DNA of 64,000 nt from an uncultured bacterium (lineage in GTDB: Bacteria; Hydrothermota; UBA3073; NMUJ01; CBEVQO01), in contig CBEVQO010000002.1 in NCBI GenBank assembly GCA_965552055.1, forward strand, positions 320,001-384,000, read 5' to 3'. Positions 11,683 through 20,297 of this stretch are shown here, one piece after another. The position numbers and the translations under genes are program-made. The first letter of the stretch is position 1, and each line of letters starts with the position of its first letter. The notes under the pieces were generated by a model. It was not told where the DNA came from and made no database searches. It worked only from the letters and a program-made list of their open reading frames with translations.

Positions 11683-12895
11683 TTTCTTTCACCTCACTAT
11701 ATTTTTGTGCTATCTCAAAAATACGCCTGGCTTTATCTTCTGTCATACCAGGAATTTCCATCAAACCCTCTATTCCCCTCTTAACTATAGTATCCGTCGT
11801 TAAAAAGCCATTATCTATTAACATCTTTTTCTCTTCTTTTGAATATTCTTTGACCAAACTTACTCCCTTCTTCTGATAATCAGATTCTGAAATTACCGTT
11901 ATCCTGTATCCTGTTAATTTCGATGCTAACCTTGCGTTCAAACCGTTAACTCCTATTACCTGTTTCATCGCATCATCCGGCACAACAACCGTTGCCTGCT
12001 TCTTATAATGATTTATTTTCTCATGGATTATCCTTGAAGTTGATAATGCCCTCGCTATAAAAACAAGAGGGTCATTTGACCACTGAATAACATCTATTTT
12101 TTCGTTATTTAACTCTTTCACTATGGTTTGTATCCTTGAGCCCTTTACACCGACGCATGCACCAACCGGTTCTACCCTGCTATCAAGTGATGTAACCGCT
12201 ACTTTTGAGCGCTGACCAGGCACTCTCGCGATACCTTTTATTTTAACAATGCCATCCCGGACTTCAGGGATTTCTAATTTAAACAACTCTTCAAGAAATT
12301 TCTCATGAGTACGGGACAAAATTATCCTTCCCCTTTCATCTACTTTTAAAATAAGGGCTTTTATGGGGTCGCCCTGCTTATACCGGTCACCTGGAATTTG
12401 CTCATCAGCAGGAAGATATGCTTCAGCATCCTTAAGCTGAATCAACATCCCTCTCCTGTCTATCTTTTTTACAGTGCCTGCAACAATCTGCCCTTCTTTG
12501 CCCTTATATCTCTCATATGCACTCTTTAACTCTGCCTCATAAATTCTTTTCCTCAATAAATCTTTGGCTTTCACAATAGCCAGTCTGCTTACTTTTTCGG
12601 GGGACAATTCGGTTTCTATGTAATCACCTGGCTGTGCATCAGGCTTTATTTTTTGTGCCTCCTCAAGAGAAATATCAAGATTGGGATTTCTAACTCTTTT
12701 TTTAACTTTCTTTTTCAAGATTATCTTTAAATCACCCTGCTGTGTAAATTTAACCTCAACTTCCGCATCCTCACCTATAGTCTTTTTTACTGCTTCTGTA
12801 AAACTATCTATAAAAATTTGTTTCACTTCTTCAATTGGTAAAGATTTCTCTTCTGCTATTGCTTTCATTTCTTCAAGCAAGCGCTTAGGCATCAC
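11675..12895 (-). CDS. nusA: transcription termination/antitermination factor NusA
   Basis: S1 and KH domains, LEIPEV, PVGACVGVKGSRI, G.NARLASKLTG. Confidence 0.97.
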   Translation of the reverse strand: MMPKRLLEEMKAIAEEKSLPIEEVKQIFIDSFTEAVKKTIGEDAEVEVKFTQQGDLKIILKKKVKKRVRNPNLDISLEEAQKIKPDAQPGDYIETELSPEKVSRLAIVKAKDLLRKRIYEAELKSAYERYKGKEGQIVAGTVKKIDRRGMLIQLKDAEAYLPADEQIPGDRYKQGDPIKALILKVDERGRIILSRTHEKFLEELFKLEIPEVRDGIVKIKGIARVPGQRSKVAVTSLDSRVEPVGACVGVKGSRIQTIVKELNNEKIDVIQWSNDPLVFIARALSTSRIIHEKINHYKKQATVVVPDDAMKQVIGVNGLNARLASKLTGYRITVISESDYQKKGVSLVKEYSKEEKKMLIDNGFLTTDTIVKRGIEGLMEIPGMTEDKARRIFEIAQKYSEVKENA

Positions 12896-14576
12896 TCCTC
12901 CCTATCTCTATTATTTTCGAAAGAGCTTCTCCCTCTTTAAACCTCAAAAATTCGCCCGTCTTCCTGTTCTTAACCTCTATAAAGCCCTCTTTTAACCTCT
13001 TACCAAGCACAATTATGTAAGGTATGCCTATTAAATCATTATCTTTAAATTTAACTCCATGTCTCTCATCTCTATCATCATACAAAACTTCAATCCCTTC
13101 TTTTACAAGCTTATCGTAAATTTCTTCTGCTGTTTTTCTAATTTTTTCATCGCTCATATCTACAGGTATTATGGAAAATTTAAAAGGCGCAATTGAAGTG
13201 GGCCATACGATGCCATCTTTATCAGACCATGTTTCAATAACGCTCATCATTATCCTTTCAATCCCTATCCCGTAACTTCCCATAACTATGGGTTTTTCTT
13301 TTCCATCTTTATCAACAAAATATGCACCCATAGATTCGGAATATTTTGTACCAAGTTCAAAGATATGACCAACTTCTATTGTTTTAACAAAATTCAAAGG
13401 TCTCCCGCAATTCACACACAAATCACCTTCCTTGGGCTCCTTCAAATCAAGATATGCTTTAACTTTTACATCACGCTCAATGTTCACACCTGTGTAGTGA
13501 TAATAATCTTCGTTCGCTCCTGTAACAAGACCTTTTCTCCCTTTCAAACTTTCATCAGCATAAACTTCGATATCCTTTCCGATAGGACTTATATATCCTG
13601 CTTCTGCACCGATTATTTCTTTTATCTCCTCAGATGTGGCAGGACGCAGATTCCCTATTTGCCTCAATTTATCTTCACTTACATCATGAGCTCCATCAAC
13701 AAGAACAAAAACAGGTTTACCATCATCTTTTATGAATAATAAACTTTTCATCAAATCTTTATCTTTGACTTTCAAAAATTTTGTTATTTCTTCAACAGTA
13801 CCAGGGACAGGTGTATGAACTTTCTTCAGCTCAGTATCCGGAAGGTCATCATAATTCACTTTTGTGCGTGCAAGTGAATGACTCGCTTTGTATCCGCAAT
13901 TATCGCAAACAACAATCTCATCTTCACCTGCATCGGAACGCACCATAAATTCTTCCGAATGCGCACCCCCCATAACACCAGAGGCAGCTTCTACCACCTC
14001 AACTTCAAGACCGCAGCGCTTGAAAATGCGTAAATACGCTTCCCTGTGCAACTTATAACTCTCATGTAATTCTTCAAAGCTCCTATCCAAACTGTAAGAA
14101 TCTTTCATTATAAACTGACGGGCCCTTAAAGGACCGGCACGCGGACGCTTCTCATCCCTAAATTTCAAATGAATCTGATACCATATTTGTGGCAAATCTT
14201 TATAGGACTTTATTTCCTTTCTCGCTATATCCGTTATGACTTCTTCATGGGTTGGTGCAAGGCACACGGTTCTTCCTGCTCTATCATGTAAACGAAACAT
14301 ATCCTCGCCAAAAGCAGATAATCTACCTGTTTCTTCCCACATATTTGCTGGAGTGAGATTACCGAGTAAAAATTCCTGACCGCCTATTCTGTCCATTTCT
14401 TCCCTTACAATCTGTATTATTTTTCTCAAAACTCTCCATCCGAGTGGCAAATAGTTATAAACACCTGACATCACAGGACGGATGAGACCTGCTTTTAAAG
14501 CAAGCATGTGCGAAAGGGTCTCAACATTTTTAGGCTTTTCTCTCATCGTCGGTATAAAAAATTTACTCCACCTCAT
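12885..14576 (-). CDS. proS: proline--tRNA ligase (bacterial type with editing insertion)
   Basis: LAPTHEE, FRDEKRPR, FIMKDSYS, EVGHIFELG, MGSYGIG. Confidence 0.97.
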   Translation of the reverse strand: MRWSKFFIPTMREKPKNVETLSHMLALKAGLIRPVMSGVYNYLPLGWRVLRKIIQIVREEMDRIGGQEFLLGNLTPANMWEETGRLSAFGEDMFRLHDRAGRTVCLAPTHEEVITDIARKEIKSYKDLPQIWYQIHLKFRDEKRPRAGPLRARQFIMKDSYSLDRSFEELHESYKLHREAYLRIFKRCGLEVEVVEAASGVMGGAHSEEFMVRSDAGEDEIVVCDNCGYKASHSLARTKVNYDDLPDTELKKVHTPVPGTVEEITKFLKVKDKDLMKSLLFIKDDGKPVFVLVDGAHDVSEDKLRQIGNLRPATSEEIKEIIGAEAGYISPIGKDIEVYADESLKGRKGLVTGANEDYYHYTGVNIERDVKVKAYLDLKEPKEGDLCVNCGRPLNFVKTIEVGHIFELGTKYSESMGAYFVDKDGKEKPIVMGSYGIGIERIMMSVIETWSDKDGIVWPTSIAPFKFSIIPVDMSDEKIRKTAEEIYDKLVKEGIEVLYDDRDERHGVKFKDNDLIGIPYIIVLGKRLKEGFIEVKNRKTGEFLRFKEGEALSKIIEIGRSDA

Positions 14577-14689
14577 CTATCCTAAATATTATAAAAATTT
14601 ACCAGTTTGTCAAGCTAAAAAATTATAGCTTTAAAAAATCCGTTATTACCTTATAACTTACAAAATTTTTGATAAATTCAAGTTGTAGT

Positions 14690-15340
14690 TTACTTCAAAA
14701 ATTTAAATATTGCCATCAATGTAGCGATTATGATGAACCAGATATTTGTATTCCATGTAATGATATTAAATCTTTTATCCATATCCTGGCGTAACTCATT
14801 TATTCTTTTATCTGTATCTTCACGCATCTCTGTAAATCGACGATTCATCTGGTCAACCAACAGCTCAAATCTCTTATCCAAATGTCTCATTAATTCTTCA
14901 AATCGACGATTTGTTTCTTCTCTCATCTCTGCAAACCTGCGGTTGTTCTCCTCCATCATTTCCTCAAACCTGCGGTTTATTTCTTCAAAACGTCGGTTGT
15001 TCTCTTCTCTCATCTCTTCAAACCTGCAGTTTATCTCTTCAAAGCGTCGGTTGTTCTCTTCTCTCATCTCTGCAAACCTGCGGTTGTTCTCCTCCATCAT
15101 CTCCTCAAACCTGCGGTTTATCTCTTCAAAGCGTCGGTTGTTCTCTTCCCTCATCTCTTCAAATCTGCAGTTTATCTCTTCAAAGCGTGCATTCATATCT
15201 TCCCTCAATTCATCTGTCCTTTTATTTATAGTCTCGATAACCATCTTATAAATGTTTAGCATTTCTGGCGTTAACCCCATATCCATTAAAGTTTCTTTTA
15301 CTATCCTTCTTACATCTTCTTCGGTCAGCGTTTTTGACAT
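14690..15340 (-). CDS. repetitive coiled-coil protein with C-terminal TM anchor
   Basis: RFEEINR/RFEEMREENNR repeats; C-terminal IWFIIIATLMAIF; AGGAGG RBS inside the mvhA end. Confidence 0.8.
   Translation of the reverse strand: MSKTLTEEDVRRIVKETLMDMGLTPEMLNIYKMVIETINKRTDELREDMNARFEEINCRFEEMREENNRRFEEINRRFEEMMEENNRRFAEMREENNRRFEEINCRFEEMREENNRRFEEINRRFEEMMEENNRRFAEMREETNRRFEELMRHLDKRFELLVDQMNRRFTEMREDTDKRINELRQDMDKRFNIITWNTNIWFIIIATLMAIFKFLK
14916..15187. repeat. intragenic tandem repeat, 141-nt unit twice, built of 21/33-nt subunits
   Basis: tctcatctctgcaaacctgcgg occurs at 14921 and 15062 (141-nt offset). Confidence 0.9.
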
Positions 15341-15341
15341 A

Positions 15342-16808
15342 TCACCTCCTTATTACTTCTATCAATTCCTTTTTATCATCATAAATTTCTATAACGAGGG
15401 GCATCTTACCGGGTAAAGAGTGTGTAGCGCACGCCAAACACGGGTCATACGCTCTAAACGCCATCTCCACCATATTCAAAATGCCATCATCTGCTTTGCC
15501 ATTTTTTATCAATTTTTTAGCAACTTTCCTTATCGCCATACACATGCTCCCATAGTTAAATGCTGTTGCAACGATTAAATTTACCTTCTGAGCTATCCCA
15601 TTTTCATCTGCAACATAATGATGTATTAAAGTGCCTCTGGGAGCTTCAACGATTCCTACTCCTTCGCCTTTATATTTCGATGGGTCAGGTATCTCCCTTG
15701 CTTTGCCTTCGACAATTTCTGGGTCCTTTGACAGCTCATAAGCCCTTTCTGCTGCATAAATCGTTTCTATCGCACGAGCTAGATGAAATGCCAGAACATT
15801 ATGACATGGTTTCGGAAACTTATCATAAAATCTTTCGTATGCTTCCTGAGCTTTGGGAGTTGCCATGCCACTTGCTACATTAAGACGACCAAGAGGTGCT
15901 GCACTCATCAGCCCACTGTCACGACCATCTTTTAAACCCTTCCAGCCAACTTTACGCAAATAAGGGAATTTCAAATAACTCCAGGGTTCTACATGCTCCG
16001 CAATGTAATCAAGATACTCATGCTCTGTAAATTTACAATATTCTTCACCATCAGGATAAATAACTTTTACCTTGCCATCATAAAAATTAACCTTATCTTC
16101 TTCATCAACAAGTCCTATGTAATATGTTTCAAGATAATACAAATCCTTATCTTCCACTATTTCCTTTAATTCTTTATTTTTCTCAATTGTATCCATCGCC
16201 AGATTAAAAGTAAACTCTGCAAAATCAATTATTTCCTTTGACATTTTCTCTATCTCTTCTCTTTCTTCCGGTGTAGGCTTTTTTGAAACTCCTCCCGGTA
16301 AATTCTGTACGGGATGGGCGGATTTACCTCCGAGAATATCTTCAATCTTCACAGCATTTGCTCTTGCTTTTATAAATGCTTTGCCAACATCAAGACCTGC
16401 TTTCTCAATCACTCCCAGTATATTTCTCAACGCTTTATTTTCTCTGGGACCTACAACAAAATCAGGTGCAAATGCCAGCACATAAATATGCTCTAAATGA
16501 CTTTCTATCATATGTGCACAGTATCCTAACTCTCTCAATTTCTTACCGGCAGAAGGCACTTCAACACCATAAAGGTCATCAAGTGTCTTACCCGATGCCA
16601 TGTGATGAGCCCATGGACAAACCCCACATAATCTCGTAGTTATCCTTGGCAATTCCTCAACAGGTCTGCCTTTGCAAAATTCTTCAAAGCCCCTGAATTC
16701 CACTATCTGAAAGAAAGCTTCCTCAACATTGCCCTTATCATCCAGAAATATTGAAATTTTGGCATGACCCTCAAGACGGGAAACAGGTTCTATCGTTATT
16801 ACAGACAT
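15342..16808 (-). CDS. mvhA: NiFe hydrogenase large subunit, group 3c (MvhA-like)
   Basis: RLEGH, RLCGVC (L1), DPCLACATH (L2) plus cleavable C-terminal tail. Confidence 0.9.
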   Translation of the reverse strand: MSVITIEPVSRLEGHAKISIFLDDKGNVEEAFFQIVEFRGFEEFCKGRPVEELPRITTRLCGVCPWAHHMASGKTLDDLYGVEVPSAGKKLRELGYCAHMIESHLEHIYVLAFAPDFVVGPRENKALRNILGVIEKAGLDVGKAFIKARANAVKIEDILGGKSAHPVQNLPGGVSKKPTPEEREEIEKMSKEIIDFAEFTFNLAMDTIEKNKELKEIVEDKDLYYLETYYIGLVDEEDKVNFYDGKVKVIYPDGEEYCKFTEHEYLDYIAEHVEPWSYLKFPYLRKVGWKGLKDGRDSGLMSAAPLGRLNVASGMATPKAQEAYERFYDKFPKPCHNVLAFHLARAIETIYAAERAYELSKDPEIVEGKAREIPDPSKYKGEGVGIVEAPRGTLIHHYVADENGIAQKVNLIVATAFNYGSMCMAIRKVAKKLIKNGKADDGILNMVEMAFRAYDPCLACATHSLPGKMPLVIEIYDDKKELIEVIRR

Positions 16809-16816
16809 AGCCCCTC

Positions 16817-17818
16817 CTATTTCAAATCTTTTTGCTTCCTTTTTAAAATGGAATCCGCCATCGAAAATCTATAAAAATATCCAGCAGGGTCTTTTATCCT
16901 ATCGATAAGCTTTTGTATCTCTTCTTCTGTCATATCCTTTTCTTTATCAACAACCAATATCGATGTGAAAGCAGAAAGCATAGCAGCTCCCTGTTCCAAT
17001 GCATTATCGGGCTTTCCGCAGCATCCTCTGCACGGCATATTAGCATTTATGCAGGGTGCACCACAGCCACCCCTTGTAGCAGGTCCCATACATAAAATAC
17101 CCTGTGCCAAAAAGCATTTATCAGGGTCGGGCGTAACTTCATGCAAATATTTAATGTCCTCAATTATCAATTTTTCTGGTTTTGTATCTTTTCTCGGACA
17201 TTCTTCACACAATGCTTTATCAAATGATGCAGGGAATTTTGATTCGGGTGGTGCACCTCCCTTTGCAAGATGCACTATCAAATCAAGCACCCTGTGAATC
17301 ATATCATGAGTCGGAGGACAACCCGGAATATAATAATCAACCTTCACCACATCATCCAGTTTTTTTACAGTATCAAACAATTTAGGTAATGTTAATTTAT
17401 ATTTACCATTTACTATGACTTCGGGCGATGGCAATACACCTTCGGGATTCTCAACCGATACCACTTCACGATAAGCAGTGTTAAGACAACCTCTGGCATC
17501 GGAGAAATTAGCGAGCGAAGGAATACCTCCAAAGCATGCACATGAACCAAAAGCAATAAGCACTTTGCATTTTTCACGCATAACCTTTGCCATCTCTTCG
17601 TTATCCTCATTTCGTATTGCACCATGGTATATACCGATGTCAACCGATTTCTCTGGCAGTGCTTTAAACTCCTTATATTTAACATCTACCAGTGTTGGAC
17701 CGAATACAATTTCAATATTTTCAAAAAGCTGGAGTAATTTTTCGTGCAGATTCAATATCTCAATCTCGCATCCAACGCAACTCGCTCCCCTTTTCGTGGC
17801 AAACTTCAATTTACCCAT
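16817..17818 (-). CDS. mvhG: NiFe hydrogenase small subunit (MvhG-like)
   Basis: SCVGC, GSCACFGGIP, PGCPP, CFLAQGILCMGPATRGGC...PCRGC; start moved to ATG17818 after GGAGG. Confidence 0.88.
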   Translation of the reverse strand: MGKLKFATKRGASCVGCEIEILNLHEKLLQLFENIEIVFGPTLVDVKYKEFKALPEKSVDIGIYHGAIRNEDNEEMAKVMREKCKVLIAFGSCACFGGIPSLANFSDARGCLNTAYREVVSVENPEGVLPSPEVIVNGKYKLTLPKLFDTVKKLDDVVKVDYYIPGCPPTHDMIHRVLDLIVHLAKGGAPPESKFPASFDKALCEECPRKDTKPEKLIIEDIKYLHEVTPDPDKCFLAQGILCMGPATRGGCGAPCINANMPCRGCCGKPDNALEQGAAMLSAFTSILVVDKEKDMTEEEIQKLIDRIKDPAGYFYRFSMADSILKRKQKDLK

Positions 17819-17836
17819 CATTCCCTCCTTACACCA

Positions 17837-17863
17837 AATATACTCAATCTCCCATTTTGTCAA
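17837..17863 (-). promoter_or_regulatory. sigma70-type promoter of mvhGA (TTGACA-N15-TATATT)
   Basis: Read directly; matches the recurrent N15 pattern in this window. Confidence 0.65.
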
Positions 17864-17875
17864 GGAAAATAAATG

Positions 17876-18424
17876 TTATAAAAGTGCGATAATCATTTGC
17901 ACTATTCCTACGAAAAAGCCGATAACTCCACCCATCAGAATTATGAAGCGTATCTCCCTGCCTGATGCCGTGAATACGAGTTTCTCAAGTTCTTCGAGAT
18001 TAAAACTCCTTATTTTATCCTCAACTATTTTGCCGAAGTCAACAGCAGATAGAGCTTTTTCGAGGAAACCGCGCTCAAGAGCACCTTCGATTGCCGCTTT
18101 TAAAACGGGTCTTATCATACTTAATATAATTCTATTGATTTTAAACTCCTTTTCAATTAATTCAATTATTGCGTTTACTGCTTTATCAACTCCTCCTTTT
18201 TCCGTTATCCATTTTTTAATGGTTTCGGTATCGAGCAAGTGCTTTTTTATAACATCACCTACTTTCTGGGCGACATCATCTTTGTATTTGGGAAGGAGGC
18301 CCTGAATCGTGAAAAACAGTATTTTACGGGGCTTTCTCGGTCTGAAAAGCATAATGATGGCAATCTTATTCGTAATCCACCCGATAAATGCACCAATAAA
18401 AGGCATCAGAAATTTGATAATCAT
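17876..18424 (-). CDS. DUF445 (YheB-like) membrane protein
   Basis: IGAFIGWITNKIAIIMLFRP...GLLPK; C-terminal IILMGGVIGFFVG. Confidence 0.88.
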   Translation of the reverse strand: MIIKFLMPFIGAFIGWITNKIAIIMLFRPRKPRKILFFTIQGLLPKYKDDVAQKVGDVIKKHLLDTETIKKWITEKGGVDKAVNAIIELIEKEFKINRIILSMIRPVLKAAIEGALERGFLEKALSAVDFGKIVEDKIRSFNLEELEKLVFTASGREIRFIILMGGVIGFFVGIVQMIIALL

Positions 18425-18428
18425 AACA

Positions 18429-19079
18429 TTACTCCTTTTTCTCTTCGCTCAACCTTTTAATTACACACATTAAAATAATCAATCCTTTTATCAATTTTTC
18501 TCTCATCTTTTTCCTCTGGAAATATCTAATAATTATCTCTAATGGTGACGGAGGAAACGGTAAAAGAGGAATAGGGCGAGGAAAAGGAGGAAGAGGAAAA
18601 GGATATTTTTTAATAGTTAATAATGTAATTAATGCAAGCAAATCTTTCGGACTCAAAGAGGGGATTTTTTCCTTTAATTTTTGCATCAATTTTTCTTTGT
18701 CTTCCTCATCGATTTTTGCTTTCTTCAATTCTTCTGCTAATTTTTCTCTTTCTTCGGGGCTTAAATGGTGTACTATTTCGAGTAAAACTTTTTCTGCTAT
18801 ATTCATTTCTGTTTCTTTTAGAGAGAGTTTCTTTTCGGCATTCCATTCATCTGCAATTTTTTCTATAATTTCTGCTTCTTTTTCTTTATATTTTTCTAAT
18901 GGAATATTTTTCTCACCTGTTAGCCATTCCCAAAGCATCAATCTCAATCCGGTTGGTGTGTATCTTTCTTTTAGTTTCTCAACTTTCACTTTAAATTCGT
19001 CCTCCGTACTCGCTCCCTGTATAAGTGCCAATAAAAACGCCAACTCCTCCCTTGACATTTTTAAAATCTCTTCATACAT
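18429..19079 (-). CDS. YaaW/UPF0174-like protein
   Basis: Pattern E.NIAEKVLLE..HHLSPEEREKLAEEL resembles YaaW family; Pro-rich segment near C-terminus. Confidence 0.45.
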   Translation of the reverse strand: MYEEILKMSREELAFLLALIQGASTEDEFKVKVEKLKERYTPTGLRLMLWEWLTGEKNIPLEKYKEKEAEIIEKIADEWNAEKKLSLKETEMNIAEKVLLEIVHHLSPEEREKLAEELKKAKIDEEDKEKLMQKLKEKIPSLSPKDLLALITLLTIKKYPFPLPPFPRPIPLLPFPPSPLEIIIRYFQRKKMREKLIKGLIILMCVIKRLSEEKKE

Positions 19080-20043
19080 TTTCCCCTCCTCCTGTTATTA
19101 AAACTTTATACTCCTCCCAATCACTTACATGTTTACCTGGCCAGAAAATTGATATATTATATAAAACTTTGTCACCTTCATATAAAGTAATTTCGTCAAA
19201 GGAAACGCTTAGTTCATAAAATAATCTCCACAATTCGCATTGTAACATGTTGGTACCAAGTATCTCCTCCCAAACTGGTTTTTGCAAATAAAGGCCACAA
19301 AGACCTTCTGCAAGTGCCATCATCACATTTACTTTATCTTCGGATAAGAAAAATGCACCTTTATGGAAGTTTATCAACCCGAGAAATTCTCTGAATTGCT
19401 GACGAATTAAAGAATCTTTTACTATTGAATTCCCTCTTATTTCTTTATAATTGGTAGGCATCTGTCCAAACACCATAACCGACATGCCTGTAAATTTTTC
19501 TTCCTGTGAAGTGTCCAGTTCTATAACTTCCTGTAATGCCCTTCTTCCTATTCTGCTTCTGTATAATGGTCTGCCTTCTATTCTGTGAACTTCTGCTGCA
19601 AATTCTTCGATCTCTGCCATAGCGATTTTAGGTATTATTATGAGTATCCAGTTGGGGTATCTCGATTTCATAAAAGCTTTGCTTAGCACAGATGAATATG
19701 TGCAACTTAAAAGAATATTAGTGTCAAATCCCAAGATTATATCGTCATAAGATTTAAGACGCTCGACTACTTCTTCGAAATTACCGTAATTAACTGCCCC
19801 GCATCTTAATAAAGCATCTCTCAATGCATCTTTTATCGACTTTTGTTTTTTCGCTTCTTTTATTTTATCAACTTCAGATAATACTTCAAACACATATCCT
19901 CTATTTTTTGAGTAAAATACCTTTAGCAATTCCATCTCCTTTTCGCATCCCCATTCTTTACATTTACTCTTAATCACAATCTCATTTGTCTCTATAAGTT
20001 TTCTAAATTCTTCCTCATATTTCTTAATAGTTTCCACTTTCAT
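19072..20043 (-). CDS. PIN-domain protein (putative RNase) with N-terminal extension
   Basis: LGFDTN, IIPKIAMAEI, KDSLI, LSEDK..MMALAEG: acidic PIN residues in the expected order. Confidence 0.8.
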   Translation of the reverse strand: MKVETIKKYEEEFRKLIETNEIVIKSKCKEWGCEKEMELLKVFYSKNRGYVFEVLSEVDKIKEAKKQKSIKDALRDALLRCGAVNYGNFEEVVERLKSYDDIILGFDTNILLSCTYSSVLSKAFMKSRYPNWILIIIPKIAMAEIEEFAAEVHRIEGRPLYRSRIGRRALQEVIELDTSQEEKFTGMSVMVFGQMPTNYKEIRGNSIVKDSLIRQQFREFLGLINFHKGAFFLSEDKVNVMMALAEGLCGLYLQKPVWEEILGTNMLQCELWRLFYELSVSFDEITLYEGDKVLYNISIFWPGKHVSDWEEYKVLITGGGENV

Positions 20044-20060
20044 CTACCCTCCTTTTTTCT

Positions 20061-20285
20061 TTATTGAGTTAATTTTATCCAAACTTCGGGTAACTGTACT
20101 TTTACCCATTCACCTTTTTTATCAATTATACGCACTTTAACCCCAGCGGATAAGAGGCCGATAATTTTACTTTCTTGATAGGGTTCTTTCCTCATCAGTA
20201 TTTCCTTATCCGTAACTATATATTTCTTTCTGCACCCTAAAATACTTATTGCAAAAAACGCCATTAAAATTACACACTTCCTCAT
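20061..20285 (-). CDS. SH3b-domain lipoprotein
   Basis: Lipobox ILGC; MRKEP..ESKIIGLL..G.KV.II.KKGEWVKV. Confidence 0.75.
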   Translation of the reverse strand: MRKCVILMAFFAISILGCRKKYIVTDKEILMRKEPYQESKIIGLLSAGVKVRIIDKKGEWVKVQLPEVWIKLTQ

Positions 20286-20297
20286 TTCATCCTCCCT

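Noticed and set aside
14916..15187. Short repeats as a possible CRISPR array
   Set aside because: Units are multiples of 3, in frame within a CDS, and have no unique spacers.
15342..15460. Selenocysteine or a split (VhuU-type) hydrogenase C-terminus
   Set aside because: The L2 motif DPCLAC is encoded with ordinary Cys codons in one continuous ORF.
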